A DNA stretch of 64,000 nt from assembly GCA_965243025.1 (NCBI GenBank), contig CBDETY010000003.1, positions 5,472,001-5,536,000 on the forward strand. The letters are read 5' to 3'. The notes beneath the pieces were generated by a model that worked only from the letters and a program-made list of their open reading frames with translations, searched no databases and was not told the origin of the DNA. Source of the DNA: Candidatus Latescibacterota bacterium. GTDB taxonomy: Bacteria > Latescibacterota > UBA2968 > UBA8231. Shown here piece by piece: positions 19,790 through 28,934 of the stretch. Numbering within the stretch: the first letter of the stretch is position 1; the number at the start of each line of letters is the position of its first letter. Made by a program: the position numbers and the translations under genes.

Positions 19790-21421
19790 ATGGCCATATC
19801 CAAGCACGGACTCAGGCATCGACCCACCGTAATGGGCAGGCGCGGCATGGTCGCCGCCGCCAACCCCCTCGGCTCGCTGGCCGGGCTGCGCATCCTCATG
19901 CAGGGCGGCAACGCCGTCGACGCCGCAGTGGCGACCGCCGCCGCCCTCAACGTTGCCGAGCCCTACATGTCGGGGATCGGGGGGGTCGGGTACATGCACA
20001 TTTACAGCGCCCGGGACCGGGAGCACAAGGTGCTCGACTACATCGGGCTGACTCCCGCCGCCGCGGACCTTTCCCTGTTCGACGCGGAGAAGCAGGGGAG
20101 CGGTCCCCTGTCCCCCGTCGTTCCCGGCGCCTGCGGAGGCTGGCTCGAGGCCCTGCGCAAGTACGGGACCATGGATCCCGAGACGGTGTTCGCCCCGGCG
20201 ATCGAGCACGCCGAGCAGGGGATCGCCCTGACGGTCAGCAACAACTTCTTCTTCGAAGCCTGCGAACCGGCCCTGTCGCAGTACCCCTCCTCGGCTTCCA
20301 ACTACCTGGTGAACGGGCGCCCCCCCCTGCCGGGAGACGTGCTCGTGCAGAGGGATCTCGCCGAGACCTTCCGCGCCGTCTGCCGGTCGGGGCCCGAGGT
20401 GTTCTACAAGGGGGAGATCGGCGAGATGACCGCCGCCTTCCTCGCCGAGGTCGGGGGGGTGATCACCAGGGAGGACCTCGCCGGCTTCGAGCCGGTCTGG
20501 GTCGACCCGGTATGCATCGACTACCGCGGCTACAGGGTCTGGGCGCCCCCGCCCCCCTGCCAGGCGGTGCAGTACCTCGAGACCCTCAACATCATGGAGG
20601 GGTACGACGTCGCCGCCATGGGGCACAACACCCCCGAAACCCTACACACCTTCCTCGAAGCGGTGAAGCTGGCGATCGCCGACCGGGCCGAGTACACGGC
20701 CATCGAAAACCCGCCGACCTCGGGCCTGTTGTCCAAGGAGTTCGCGGCGAAGCGCAGGGAGCTGATCGGCGACCGGGCGCAGCCCTGCGGGGGCGATCTC
20801 TACACTGCGGAGAAGATGGAGAACGAGGTTGTCGCAGGGGATCCCTACCCCTATGTGCTCAACGAGTGCACGACCCACTTCGACACCGTCGACGCCGACG
20901 GCAACGCCGTCGCCTGCACGCAGAGTCTGGGCAGCGGGTTCGGCTCGTCGATGGTGGTGCCGGGCACCGGGGTGACGCTCAACAACTTCATGAACTGGTT
21001 CGACCTCGAGCCGAAGAGCCCGAACGCCATCGGTCCGTTGAAGAAGAACGAGATGTGCATGTCCCCGGTTCAGGTCTGGGACGACGGCGGCCTGCGCCTG
21101 CTGATCGGTACTCCGGGAAGCCACGGGATCCTGCAGACGACGCCGCAGATGATCATGAACGTCCTCGACCACGACATGAACGTGCAGGCGGCGATCGAGG
21201 CGCCGCGCGCCAAGACCCAGAGTGGCTACCAGATCGGCGCCGAGGACCGCATCGGCGAGGAGGTCTTCGCCCGGCTCGAGGAGCGGGGGCACGAGATCGA
21301 ACGCCTGGGAGACTGGACCGTCGGCGTGGGAGGGGGGCAGGGGATCATGATCGACCCCGACAGCGGCTCCTTCACGGGCGGGGCCGACCCCAGGCGGGAC
21401 GGCTATGCGCTGGGGTGGTGA
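19790..21421 (+). CDS. ggt: Gamma-glutamyltransferase
   Basis: GGNAVDAAVA, SGIGG, TTHF (nucleophilic Thr), GTPGS, GGADPRRDG. Confidence 0.95.
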   Translation: MAISKHGLRHRPTVMGRRGMVAAANPLGSLAGLRILMQGGNAVDAAVATAAALNVAEPYMSGIGGVGYMHIYSARDREHKVLDYIGLTPAAADLSLFDAEKQGSGPLSPVVPGACGGWLEALRKYGTMDPETVFAPAIEHAEQGIALTVSNNFFFEACEPALSQYPSSASNYLVNGRPPLPGDVLVQRDLAETFRAVCRSGPEVFYKGEIGEMTAAFLAEVGGVITREDLAGFEPVWVDPVCIDYRGYRVWAPPPPCQAVQYLETLNIMEGYDVAAMGHNTPETLHTFLEAVKLAIADRAEYTAIENPPTSGLLSKEFAAKRRELIGDRAQPCGGDLYTAEKMENEVVAGDPYPYVLNECTTHFDTVDADGNAVACTQSLGSGFGSSMVVPGTGVTLNNFMNWFDLEPKSPNAIGPLKKNEMCMSPVQVWDDGGLRLLIGTPGSHGILQTTPQMIMNVLDHDMNVQAAIEAPRAKTQSGYQIGAEDRIGEEVFARLEERGHEIERLGDWTVGVGGGQGIMIDPDSGSFTGGADPRRDGYALGW

Positions 21422-21426
21422 GCCGC

Positions 21427-22149
21427 TCACCCGCGCCGTTGCCCCGGGGCCCCGCAGGCGGCGGCGAACTCGGCGGAGGTGCTGGTGTAGCCGATGATGT
21501 GCTCGAAGTTGCGGAACACGATCCTGCGCAGCCATCCCCCCTCCTCGAGGCGGTCGTCCGCGGTGTCGGCGTACTCTCCCGAGTGCGTGCAGTCCCGCAG
21601 CACGATCACCCGGTAGTTGTGCTCGACCGCTCCGGCGGCGGTCTGGTAGAGGCAGGCCCGCTGGCTGAACCCTACGGCGATCAGGGTCGCGATGCCGCGG
21701 CAGCGCAGGTGGTAGTCGGTGTGGGTCTCGTGGAACCCCGACCACTCCCGCTTGGGGAAATCCGGTTCGTGCGGCAGCGGCCGGATCGAAGGTGAGTAAT
21801 CCGGCTTGACGGGGGTGCGGACCGGGGCCGGCCGCTCCGCAGCCCCGGGAATGCCCCAGCGCGTTCCGTGCAGCTCGCGCTTGATGCTGCCAGGCTCGTC
21901 GACGAGCGAGAAGTCGTTGTGGATGAAGAAGACGTGCATTCCGGCCCTGCGCGCCGCTGCCAGGGCCGGGGCGATCCCCTCCTCCACGTGCGGGTTCCCC
22001 GAGCCGCAGTCGCTGTCGACGATCATGAAAGCCGTGCGCTCCAGCTCGAGATCGAGGGCGGCGAAGCGGTGCCCTTCCTCCTCGTACCGCTGTCCGTTGT
22101 AGTTGCCCGGCGGGCCGAACCAGCGCACCGGCAGTTTCAGGGTCGTCAT
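21427..22149 (-). CDS. Isochorismatase-family cysteine hydrolase
   Basis: TAFMIVD, FPKREWSGF, AVGFSQRACLYQT (D-K-C triad), YRVIVLRDCT. Confidence 0.85.
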   Translation of the reverse strand: MTTLKLPVRWFGPPGNYNGQRYEEEGHRFAALDLELERTAFMIVDSDCGSGNPHVEEGIAPALAAARRAGMHVFFIHNDFSLVDEPGSIKRELHGTRWGIPGAAERPAPVRTPVKPDYSPSIRPLPHEPDFPKREWSGFHETHTDYHLRCRGIATLIAVGFSQRACLYQTAAGAVEHNYRVIVLRDCTHSGEYADTADDRLEEGGWLRRIVFRNFEHIIGYTSTSAEFAAACGAPGQRRG

Positions 22150-22159
22150 GGGGCTGTTC

Positions 22160-23506
22160 CTATCGGAACCATGAGGGTTTGGGTGTCGCCGGCGGCCAGT
22201 AGCCGCCTGGGTTTTCGTCCCACTCACGGCCGCACATTCGCGAGATGACCACCCATTCCGCGGCGGTCAGGTGGCCGTGGTTGTGGAAGAGGAAGCGCTT
22301 CAGCCCGGCTTCCTCGGAGGCGGCGAGAATGCGCTGCAGGTCGCCGGCGGTCATCGGATCTCCGGCGTGCGGCATGCGCCCGGTGTCCACCCAGGGCATG
22401 ATTTTTGCGGGGTCCTCGACCGCGGCGAGGGCGCGCCGGGTTTCCCGCTGCACCACATCGTCGAAGAAGGCCTGGGGAAACCCGAGCTCGAGGTCGGCGA
22501 GGCTCTCCACCTCGGGCAGCTCGATCCCCATCCAGGCGCGCAGGACGGTCCAGCAGTCCTCCTCGGCCAGCTCCGGATTCCATTCGGCGATCTGCCTGAT
22601 CCAGCGCGCGACGGTTCCGTACATGCCGTCGAAGCCGCGGTGCCAGAAGTAGTGCTTCACCAGCAGGATGTCGACGATCCCGTCCCAGGCGTGGAAGTCG
22701 AGGGCGGTCATCCCCGAGAACATCGCCGAGCGCGGACCGTTTCCGAGCAACAGCTTGCGCGGCATGCCGTCGAGCTCCTCGCGGAACGCCCGGCCCTCGC
22801 GAAGGCCGTCCTCGCGGCGCCAGCGCAGCCAGTAGAGGGCGTCCTCGTCGATGTCGAACAGGTTCATCCCCGACAGGACCCCGCCGTCGGCGCAGTAGCG
22901 GACCTGGGACCGGGTGAAGCTGCCGAAGCGCCGGTGCAGGTGCCCGCGGCCGCGCTCGAGACGCGCTGAATCGTAGCCCCGCACCTCGGCCGCTTCCTTC
23001 TGCGACTCGTTCATCTCGCGGAACACGGCGTTGCCGTGGTGGTAGACGAGCTCGTACGCCGATTCCGTCCAGCCGTCCATGATGCCGCCGTCCGCTTCCG
23101 GAAAGGCGGCGAACACGTCCTCCCAGACCGCCCCGTGCATGCGGGCGCGGTAGGGGTCTTCGGCCGGGGGCAGGGCGGCCGCCTCGGCGGTTCCGAAGCC
23201 CGGGCAGAAGATCATCACCCCCCAGCCGCGGCGCCTTGCATCCTCGAGCATCGCGTGCAGGAGGCGTTCCTTTCCCGGGTCGCATGCGACGTCGCGGCGG
23301 GAGACATCGAGCCCGCGCGCGCGGTACGGCTCGAGGCTGCTCTCGAATGCGGGGACCGTGAAGTTCCCGTCGTCGTCGGCGAACAGCAGGCGCCCGAAGA
23401 CCAGGCCGCGGATGCCGCCCGCTTCCCAGGCGTCGAAGACGCGCTGGTAATCCTCCATCACCGCTTCCAGCGGCTGGCCGATCCGGATCCAGGGTATCAG
23501 TGCCAT
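22160..23506 (-). CDS. Uncharacterised protein, probable TIM-barrel enzyme
   Basis: 448-aa ORF with coding-like composition, upstream AGGAGG, tightly linked to the downstream hydrolase; no motif recognised. Confidence 0.7.
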   Translation of the reverse strand: MALIPWIRIGQPLEAVMEDYQRVFDAWEAGGIRGLVFGRLLFADDDGNFTVPAFESSLEPYRARGLDVSRRDVACDPGKERLLHAMLEDARRRGWGVMIFCPGFGTAEAAALPPAEDPYRARMHGAVWEDVFAAFPEADGGIMDGWTESAYELVYHHGNAVFREMNESQKEAAEVRGYDSARLERGRGHLHRRFGSFTRSQVRYCADGGVLSGMNLFDIDEDALYWLRWRREDGLREGRAFREELDGMPRKLLLGNGPRSAMFSGMTALDFHAWDGIVDILLVKHYFWHRGFDGMYGTVARWIRQIAEWNPELAEEDCWTVLRAWMGIELPEVESLADLELGFPQAFFDDVVQRETRRALAAVEDPAKIMPWVDTGRMPHAGDPMTAGDLQRILAASEEAGLKRFLFHNHGHLTAAEWVVISRMCGREWDENPGGYWPPATPKPSWFR

Positions 23507-23543
23507 GAGGGGGCCTCCTGTCGTCCCATGTCCCGCGGCAAAT

Positions 23544-23576
23544 GAAAAAGCCGCTCCATGAGAAGAAGCGGCTTCC
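23544..23576 (-). terminator. Probable intrinsic terminator after the Spy/CpxP-like gene
   Basis: Minus strand GAAGCCGCTTC-TTCTCAT-GGAGCGGCTTTTTC: stem followed by a T run. Confidence 0.55.
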
Positions 23577-23596
23577 GGTGCCGGCCCGGGGAGGCG

Positions 23597-24319
23597 TCAG
23601 TCGCCGCCCCGGTCTCCGGCCGTCTCGTATTCTTCGTCCCAGCTCTCCTCATCGCCGGCAATGGGGGGATCGTCGACCTCCACCGTGTCGACCGCGGTGG
23701 TATCGGCCGCATCCGCCTCGCCGTGCCAGCCGGCGCGAATCCTTTCAAGCTCCAGCCGCTGCTCGACCGTCAGCATGGCTTCGAAGGCCCTCCGGTGTTC
23801 CTCGAGCAGGCCGATGGCGTCTGCGAAACCGGATTCCTCCTCCTCGGCGGCGTAGCGGGCCCGCTGCCGCTGCAGGAGGTCGAGCCAGCGGCGCTGCTGC
23901 TCTTCCGTGAGCTCCAGGGCGTCGATCAGGTAACCCGGCTTCATCCCCCCCGGGGGAGCGGGGATCATGCGCTCCTCGATGAACTCCCGGGCCCGCTCCA
24001 GGAACAGGCGCTGGTCCTCCGACAGAATGCGGTCCCGTTCGGCGGTATGCGCCCCAAGCGCCCGGCGAAACCGCTCCCGCCCCTGTTCAGGGGAAAGCAC
24101 TCCTGCGTCGACCAGCCGTCTCACCGCCTCCACCTCACGCTCGAGGGCGGAGCGCAGATTCCGCAGGCCGGTTTCCTGGGTCTCCGTCAGGTTGAGAGCG
24201 TGCCGCACCCGCTGGCGGAAGCGCTCCGGGTCGAAGCCCTCACCCCCGTCCTCTCCAGGCTGCGGACGGGCCGGGGAGAAACCGGCGAGCAGCAGCAGCG
24301 GGATCAGTATGCGTGTCAT
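23597..24319 (-). CDS. Secreted Spy/CpxP-like LTXXQ-motif protein
   Basis: Signal peptide MTRILIPLLLLAG; four LTxxQ-like motifs (LNLTETQ, ILSEDQR, LELTEEQ, MLTVEQR); acidic tail. Confidence 0.75.
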   Translation of the reverse strand: MTRILIPLLLLAGFSPARPQPGEDGGEGFDPERFRQRVRHALNLTETQETGLRNLRSALEREVEAVRRLVDAGVLSPEQGRERFRRALGAHTAERDRILSEDQRLFLERAREFIEERMIPAPPGGMKPGYLIDALELTEEQQRRWLDLLQRQRARYAAEEEESGFADAIGLLEEHRRAFEAMLTVEQRLELERIRAGWHGEADAADTTAVDTVEVDDPPIAGDEESWDEEYETAGDRGGD

Positions 24320-24485
24320 TTTTCGCGAGTCAAAATCGCCGCGAAAGCAGCGGGAGGCGCGCCGCCCGGATTCGGGCTGTGCGTCGTTTTGGACCGTTGC
24401 CCGGGCGACGTCGATGAATATACGCAGGGGGGTGAAACTTGAACGAGTCCCATGCAGCACTGACATTCTGGCCCAGGGTTTTTCG

Positions 24486-26153
24486 ATGAATGAACACCTC
24501 CCGGCGCTGGGGCGCCTCTGTTTTCGCCTTCCCCCGGAGCGCATGTCCGAGTTCGAGAGCGCCTTCGAGAGCAGGCTGCTGCCGCGGTTGAAAGACCGCG
24601 GTCTCACCCCCGCAGCGGATCTCGGCCGCCCCACCGTTTCCGGGATCTTTCACCGGCTTTTCTCTCTCGGTGGGACCCGTGAGGTAGCGCGGGTCCGCCG
24701 CGATCTTGAAGGAGACGCGGACTGGACCGCGGCGCTCGACGACATCGGGGGGGATCTCGGGGCGGCGATTTCCTGCACTTTCCACAGCTACCGGGCCGTC
24801 GGGGTGGAGGGGCGCCCCGTCGATGTCGACGAATCGACCGAGGGCCGCTGGACGACCTACACCACCGCCAACCTCGTTTCCGGCGACCTCGTCACCTGTA
24901 TCCTGCGCGACAGCCGGCAGCGGTTCTGGTTTACGACCGCCCACGCCGGCACCACCCTGTTCGACGGCAACCAGTGGCAGGACTTCGAACCGGAGACCGG
25001 GCTGCCGATCGACCGCTGCTGGGCCCTGTTCGAGGACAGCGAGGGAGGGATCTGGTTCGGATCTCACCGCAGCGGGGTTACCCGGTTCCACGGCGACAGC
25101 TGGATGTCGTTCACGCAGGAGGACGGGTTGCCCAGCAACAGCGTGATTTCGGGGTACCAGGACAGGCAGGGCAGGCTCTGGTTCGGATCGGACGTGTCGG
25201 AAACCGGGGAGGGGATCGCCTGCCTGGACGGCACGGACTGGACCCATATCACGGTCGCCGACGGTCTCGCCGACAACCGCGTCAAGTGGATCACGCAGGA
25301 CCGCGACAACCGCCACTGGATCGGCACCGCCGGAGGGGTCTCGACCTGTGACGGATCCCGGTGGCAGACCTACGATACCGGGGACGGGCTGCCCGGGAAC
25401 TGGGTCGAGTCGATTCTGCAGGATCGCGAAGGAGACATGTGGGTCGCCACCGACCGCGGCCTGGCCCATTTCGACGGCGTCGGGTGGACGGGGTACACCG
25501 CCCAGGACGGACTCCCCGGAAGCTGGGTGACGGCGGCCTTCCAGGACAGCCGCGACATCCTCTGGTTCGGGACCCTGAACGCCGGCGTCTGCTGCTTCGA
25601 CGGGGAGACCTTCCAGACCCTCGATCACGAGGACGGTCTTTCCGGCGACGCCGTCTGGTGGATCTACGAGGACGAACTCGGGGATCTCTGGTTCGCCACC
25701 GACGGCGGGGTGTCGCGCTACCGTCCGCCGGAGCCGGATCCCCCGGCGGTGAAGCTGATCGCGGTCACCGCCGACCGGCGCTACGAGCAGTTCGACAACC
25801 TCGTGCTGCCGACGTCGGCCGACCTCGTTGCCTTCGAGTTCGACGGGGAGAGCGCGCACACCCGTCACAGCGGCCTGGTGTACCGCCACCGACTCATCGG
25901 CCGCGACGAGGCCTGGCGCACCACGTACCGGCGCCGGGCCGAGTACACCTACCTCGAGCCGGGCACCTACAAGTTCCAGGTTCAGGTCGTGGACCAGCTC
26001 CTCGACTACTCTCCCATACTCGAGACCGGGTTCACCGTGCAGGATCCCCAGGAGGACCGCATCGGCGAGCTCGAGGCCAGCGTGACCGAGCTGTCGCGCC
26101 GGCTCGATGAGGCGAACCGCCGCCTGGGAGAGGCCGGTCTGCCCCAGGTCTGA
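24486..26153 (+). CDS. Two-component-regulator propeller (Reg_prop) plus Y_Y_Y domain protein with no output domain
   Basis: Repeated DGLPxNxV..I.QD..G.(L/M)W motifs; YRHRLIG...AEYTYLEPGTYKFQVQVVD; short C-terminal coiled coil; no signal peptide or TM helix. Confidence 0.85.
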   Translation: MNEHLPALGRLCFRLPPERMSEFESAFESRLLPRLKDRGLTPAADLGRPTVSGIFHRLFSLGGTREVARVRRDLEGDADWTAALDDIGGDLGAAISCTFHSYRAVGVEGRPVDVDESTEGRWTTYTTANLVSGDLVTCILRDSRQRFWFTTAHAGTTLFDGNQWQDFEPETGLPIDRCWALFEDSEGGIWFGSHRSGVTRFHGDSWMSFTQEDGLPSNSVISGYQDRQGRLWFGSDVSETGEGIACLDGTDWTHITVADGLADNRVKWITQDRDNRHWIGTAGGVSTCDGSRWQTYDTGDGLPGNWVESILQDREGDMWVATDRGLAHFDGVGWTGYTAQDGLPGSWVTAAFQDSRDILWFGTLNAGVCCFDGETFQTLDHEDGLSGDAVWWIYEDELGDLWFATDGGVSRYRPPEPDPPAVKLIAVTADRRYEQFDNLVLPTSADLVAFEFDGESAHTRHSGLVYRHRLIGRDEAWRTTYRRRAEYTYLEPGTYKFQVQVVDQLLDYSPILETGFTVQDPQEDRIGELEASVTELSRRLDEANRRLGEAGLPQV

Positions 26154-26168
26154 CAACCCGCAGCAAAC

Positions 26169-26204
26169 AAAAAAAAACCGGACGCGCCGCTGCGACGCGC
26201 CCGG
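26169..26204 (-). terminator. Intrinsic terminator
   Basis: Minus strand CCGGGCGCGTCG-CAG-CGGCGCGTCCGG followed by 9 T; the two G-U pairs form only on the minus strand. Confidence 0.85.
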
Positions 26205-26271
26205 GATACCTCGGGAACCGGCGGGTAAGGCCGGTTCCGTCCAGGTGGTCGACCACCTGGTGAATCGAAGG

Positions 26272-26310
26272 TCAGGTGGTCGACCTCCTTAAGGGTATAC
26301 TACTACTCAC
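26272..26310 (-). CDS. 12-aa micro-ORF MSSSIPLRRSTT
   Basis: GTG start 6 nt after the GGAGG of AGAAAGGAGGTGGTCT; TGA stop; translation unproven. Confidence 0.45.
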   Translation of the reverse strand: MSSSIPLRRSTT

Positions 26311-26471
26311 AGACCACCTCCTTTCTTCTCGGCTCCGGGCCTTTGGCGGTTTACGGTGCCTCGAACCCGTGCTCGTTCAGGTCGGCCGGCGCAGCGTCAC
26401 GAGTTGAAAGACCGGCCTTTCGGCGGGATGCCAGAACGGAAACGGCCCTCGTTCCCGTTTGTGTATTCCCC

Positions 26472-26501
26472 AATATACACAGGGCGGAAAAACAGAGTCA
26501 A
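26472..26501 (-). promoter_or_regulatory. Sigma70-type promoter
   Basis: TTGACT-18 nt-TATATT on the minus strand, near-consensus in a GC-rich background. Confidence 0.7.
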
Positions 26502-26565
26502 CCGCTTTTAACCAGCCCCTGACCACATCGCTGCAAATCCTCGCAACTCAAAGTCCCGCAATTCG

Positions 26566-27456
26566 TTACCGGTTCCACGCCTCGACGTTGGCCGAGAGCC
26601 CGAGCGCGAACTGGCGGCCGGCGGGAAAGTTTCTCCCCCCGAGGCTCTGGCGGACCGCCAGCTCGAGGACTGAGTTTCCGGGCAGCGACAGGGACAGCGC
26701 CGGCGCCAGGTAGGTGATCCGCTTCACCTGTGTCCTGCTGGGAAAGCCGAAGTCCGTACCGGTGAGGCCGCGCAGCACCTGCAGCTTGAGCGCCAGGCCG
26801 ATCCGGCTCCCGGCCTTTCCCCCGGCTTCGAGGTCGATCATCCACTCGTCCCCGGGATCGCGCAGGATCTCCTCGTTTTCGGTACGCACCCGGTAGCCCA
26901 CGCCGGCGTTCGCGTACAGCGGCAGCGGCCAGAAGGAACGGCCCGCCTGCAGGATGAAGTCGAAGTCCCACTGGCCTTCGCCGACCGGTATCAGTCCGTC
27001 CTCGTTGCGGAACTCCCCTGTCGGCATTTTGACGGCGGCCTTCACAGTTACGACAGCCGGGGCCTGAAGCGCCCGCCACTTCGCCAGCAGCCGCAGGTCG
27101 CTGAAACCGCTGTCTCCCACCGGATCGAGGTGCGTGTCGTCGTCGAACTGCTGGTCGAACCAGGGCACCTGCAGGCCGAGGTCGAGACGGTCGCTGGCGC
27201 CGAGAAATCCCTCGACGAACACCGCCCTCGAGTCGTACTCGCCGTTGAAGCGGTACGGCCGCCGGCTCCCGGCATCGTGCATTGTTCCCGTGAATTCCGG
27301 GGCGTTGATGTACCACTCCCGGGCGTGCTGCCGGAACCAGGTGATCTTGCCCCAGGCGCTGCCGGCGGGGAGGGTCCAGGCGCCGGCAGCGGCCGCGTCG
27401 GGAACGAGAATCCCCGCCGCGGCAGCCAACATTACCGCCCACTGCTTCCCATGCAT
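26566..27456 (-). CDS. Putative outer-membrane beta-barrel (MetA/Phenol_MetA_deg transporter-like)
   Basis: Signal peptide ending AAA-GAWTLPAG; SGFSDLRLLAKW, AAVKMPTG, VGEGQWD; alternating beta-strand pattern. Confidence 0.7.
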   Translation of the reverse strand: MHGKQWAVMLAAAAGILVPDAAAAGAWTLPAGSAWGKITWFRQHAREWYINAPEFTGTMHDAGSRRPYRFNGEYDSRAVFVEGFLGASDRLDLGLQVPWFDQQFDDDTHLDPVGDSGFSDLRLLAKWRALQAPAVVTVKAAVKMPTGEFRNEDGLIPVGEGQWDFDFILQAGRSFWPLPLYANAGVGYRVRTENEEILRDPGDEWMIDLEAGGKAGSRIGLALKLQVLRGLTGTDFGFPSRTQVKRITYLAPALSLSLPGNSVLELAVRQSLGGRNFPAGRQFALGLSANVEAWNR

Positions 27457-27635
27457 CGATCCGCGACCTCTCGAGCGTTCGTTTCCAGGACCGAAGAGCC
27501 GGCCTGAAAGAACTCCGGCCCTTCGTTCCGTTTCGCCGCCCGGCCGGGGAACGGGTAAATTGCCCGACCCCGCCGGCACGGCGACTTTCTTGTTACCGCA
27601 GGCAACCTCCCCGGAAACAACATACCTCCTTTCCC

Positions 27636-28934
27636 ATGCACCTGCTGACCCTCGGACTCAACCACGCCACCGCCCCTGTGGAGACGCGCGAACAGCTCGC
27701 TTTTTCCCCCGAGGCCCAGACCGAGGTGATGAAGCGGCTCGTCAGCGGGTACGGCGTCGAGGAGGCGGCGGTGCTGTGCACCTGCAACCGCTCCGAGATC
27801 TACGCGGTCAGCGGCGACCTCCACGGCCTCGACGGGGTGCGCCGCTATCTGTCGAGCGAGCAGGACGTCGACCTGGCGGCGCTTTCACCCTGCCTCTACG
27901 AGTTCGCCGACGCCGACGCCGCCATGCACCTGTTCCGGGTCGCCTGCGGCATCGACTCCCTGGTCACCGGGGAGTCGCAGATTCTCGGGCAGGTGCGCGA
28001 GGCCCTGGAGCGGGCGCAGCGGACGCGGACGGCGCGGCGCTTCATCAACGAGGTGTTTCAGCGCGCCCTCAGGGCGGGGAAGCGGGCGCGCAGCGAGACC
28101 GACATCGGCCGCGGCCGCCTGTCGGTCAGCAGCGCCGCGGTCGAGCTGGCGGGGCAGATCTTCGACCGCCTCGAAGGCCGCTCGGCGCTGCTCCTCGGAG
28201 CGGGAGAGATGATCGAGCTCACCGTCCGCTACCTCGTCGCCAGCGGCATCGAGCGTTTCCTGGTCGCCAACAGGACCTTCGAGCGGGCAAGGGAGCTCTC
28301 GGGCCGCTTCGGCGGCGAGGCGGTTCCGTTCGCCGAAGTCGGCGCCCGCCTCGAGCAGGTCGACATCGTCATCTCCTCGACCGCCGCTCCCGGTTTCGTC
28401 ATCACCCCGGAGATGATCCACGAGGCGATGCACCGCCGCCGCGGGCGGCCGCTGTTCCTGATCGACATCGCCGTGCCGCGCGACGTCGACCCGGCCGTGC
28501 GCGACGTCGACAACCTGTTCCTGTTCGACATCGACGACCTCGAGGGGGTCGTAGAGGCCAACCGCAGCGAGCGCGAGCGGGAGATCTGCCAGGTGCAGGA
28601 AGTCATCGACAGCGAGCACCGCGAATTCGTGCACTGGCTCAACGCCCTCGAAACCGGCCCCCTGGTCAAGTCGCTGCGGCGCCACGCCGACGACCTGCGC
28701 CGCCAGGAGCTCGACCGCTGGATGGCCAGGCTCTCCCACCTGTCCGACGAGGACCGCGAAACCATGGAAGCGGCGCTGCGAGGGTACGCCAACAAGCTGC
28801 TTCACCACCCCCTCGTGGAGATCCGCAACCTCGCCGGGGAGGAAGACGGGCACGTCCGTCTGGAAACGGTGCGGCGGCTGTTCGGGCTCGACCGCCTCGA
28901 AGGGGACGACGCCGGCGGAGAGAAAGACCGGTGA
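27636..28934 (+). CDS. hemA: Glutamyl-tRNA reductase
   Basis: GLNHATAPVETRE, TCNRSEIY, GESQILGQV, GAGEM, IDIAVPRD, NKLLH. Confidence 0.97.
   Translation: MHLLTLGLNHATAPVETREQLAFSPEAQTEVMKRLVSGYGVEEAAVLCTCNRSEIYAVSGDLHGLDGVRRYLSSEQDVDLAALSPCLYEFADADAAMHLFRVACGIDSLVTGESQILGQVREALERAQRTRTARRFINEVFQRALRAGKRARSETDIGRGRLSVSSAAVELAGQIFDRLEGRSALLLGAGEMIELTVRYLVASGIERFLVANRTFERARELSGRFGGEAVPFAEVGARLEQVDIVISSTAAPGFVITPEMIHEAMHRRRGRPLFLIDIAVPRDVDPAVRDVDNLFLFDIDDLEGVVEANRSEREREICQVQEVIDSEHREFVHWLNALETGPLVKSLRRHADDLRRQELDRWMARLSHLSDEDRETMEAALRGYANKLLHHPLVEIRNLAGEEDGHVRLETVRRLFGLDRLEGDDAGGEKDR

Larger units (their letters stand above)
26169..26465 (-). ncRNA. Candidate stand-alone small RNA / mini-mRNA of unknown family
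   Basis: Bounded by a sigma70 promoter and an intrinsic terminator; no long ORF; several hairpins and two AAGGAGG motifs. Confidence 0.6.

Noticed and set aside
26241-26285. Mini CRISPR array
   Set aside because: Only two 13-bp copies with an 18-bp gap, and no cas genes in the window
26311-26326. Possible 16S rRNA gene fragment (GACCACCTCCTTTCT on the plus strand)
   Set aside because: No flanking 16S helix 44/45 sequence; the promoter and terminator indicate transcription of the opposite strand
26169-26465. 6S RNA, tmRNA or tRNA identity for the small transcript
   Set aside because: A CCTGAAC...GTTCGAGG hairpin and TTCGATTC are only superficially similar; there is no end-to-end rod, acceptor or T stem, or Ala-Ala tag ending
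27134-28930. 871-aa fusion ORF ending in ccsA
   Set aside because: The upstream part is an alternate frame overlapping hemA; the real start is the GTG at 28931
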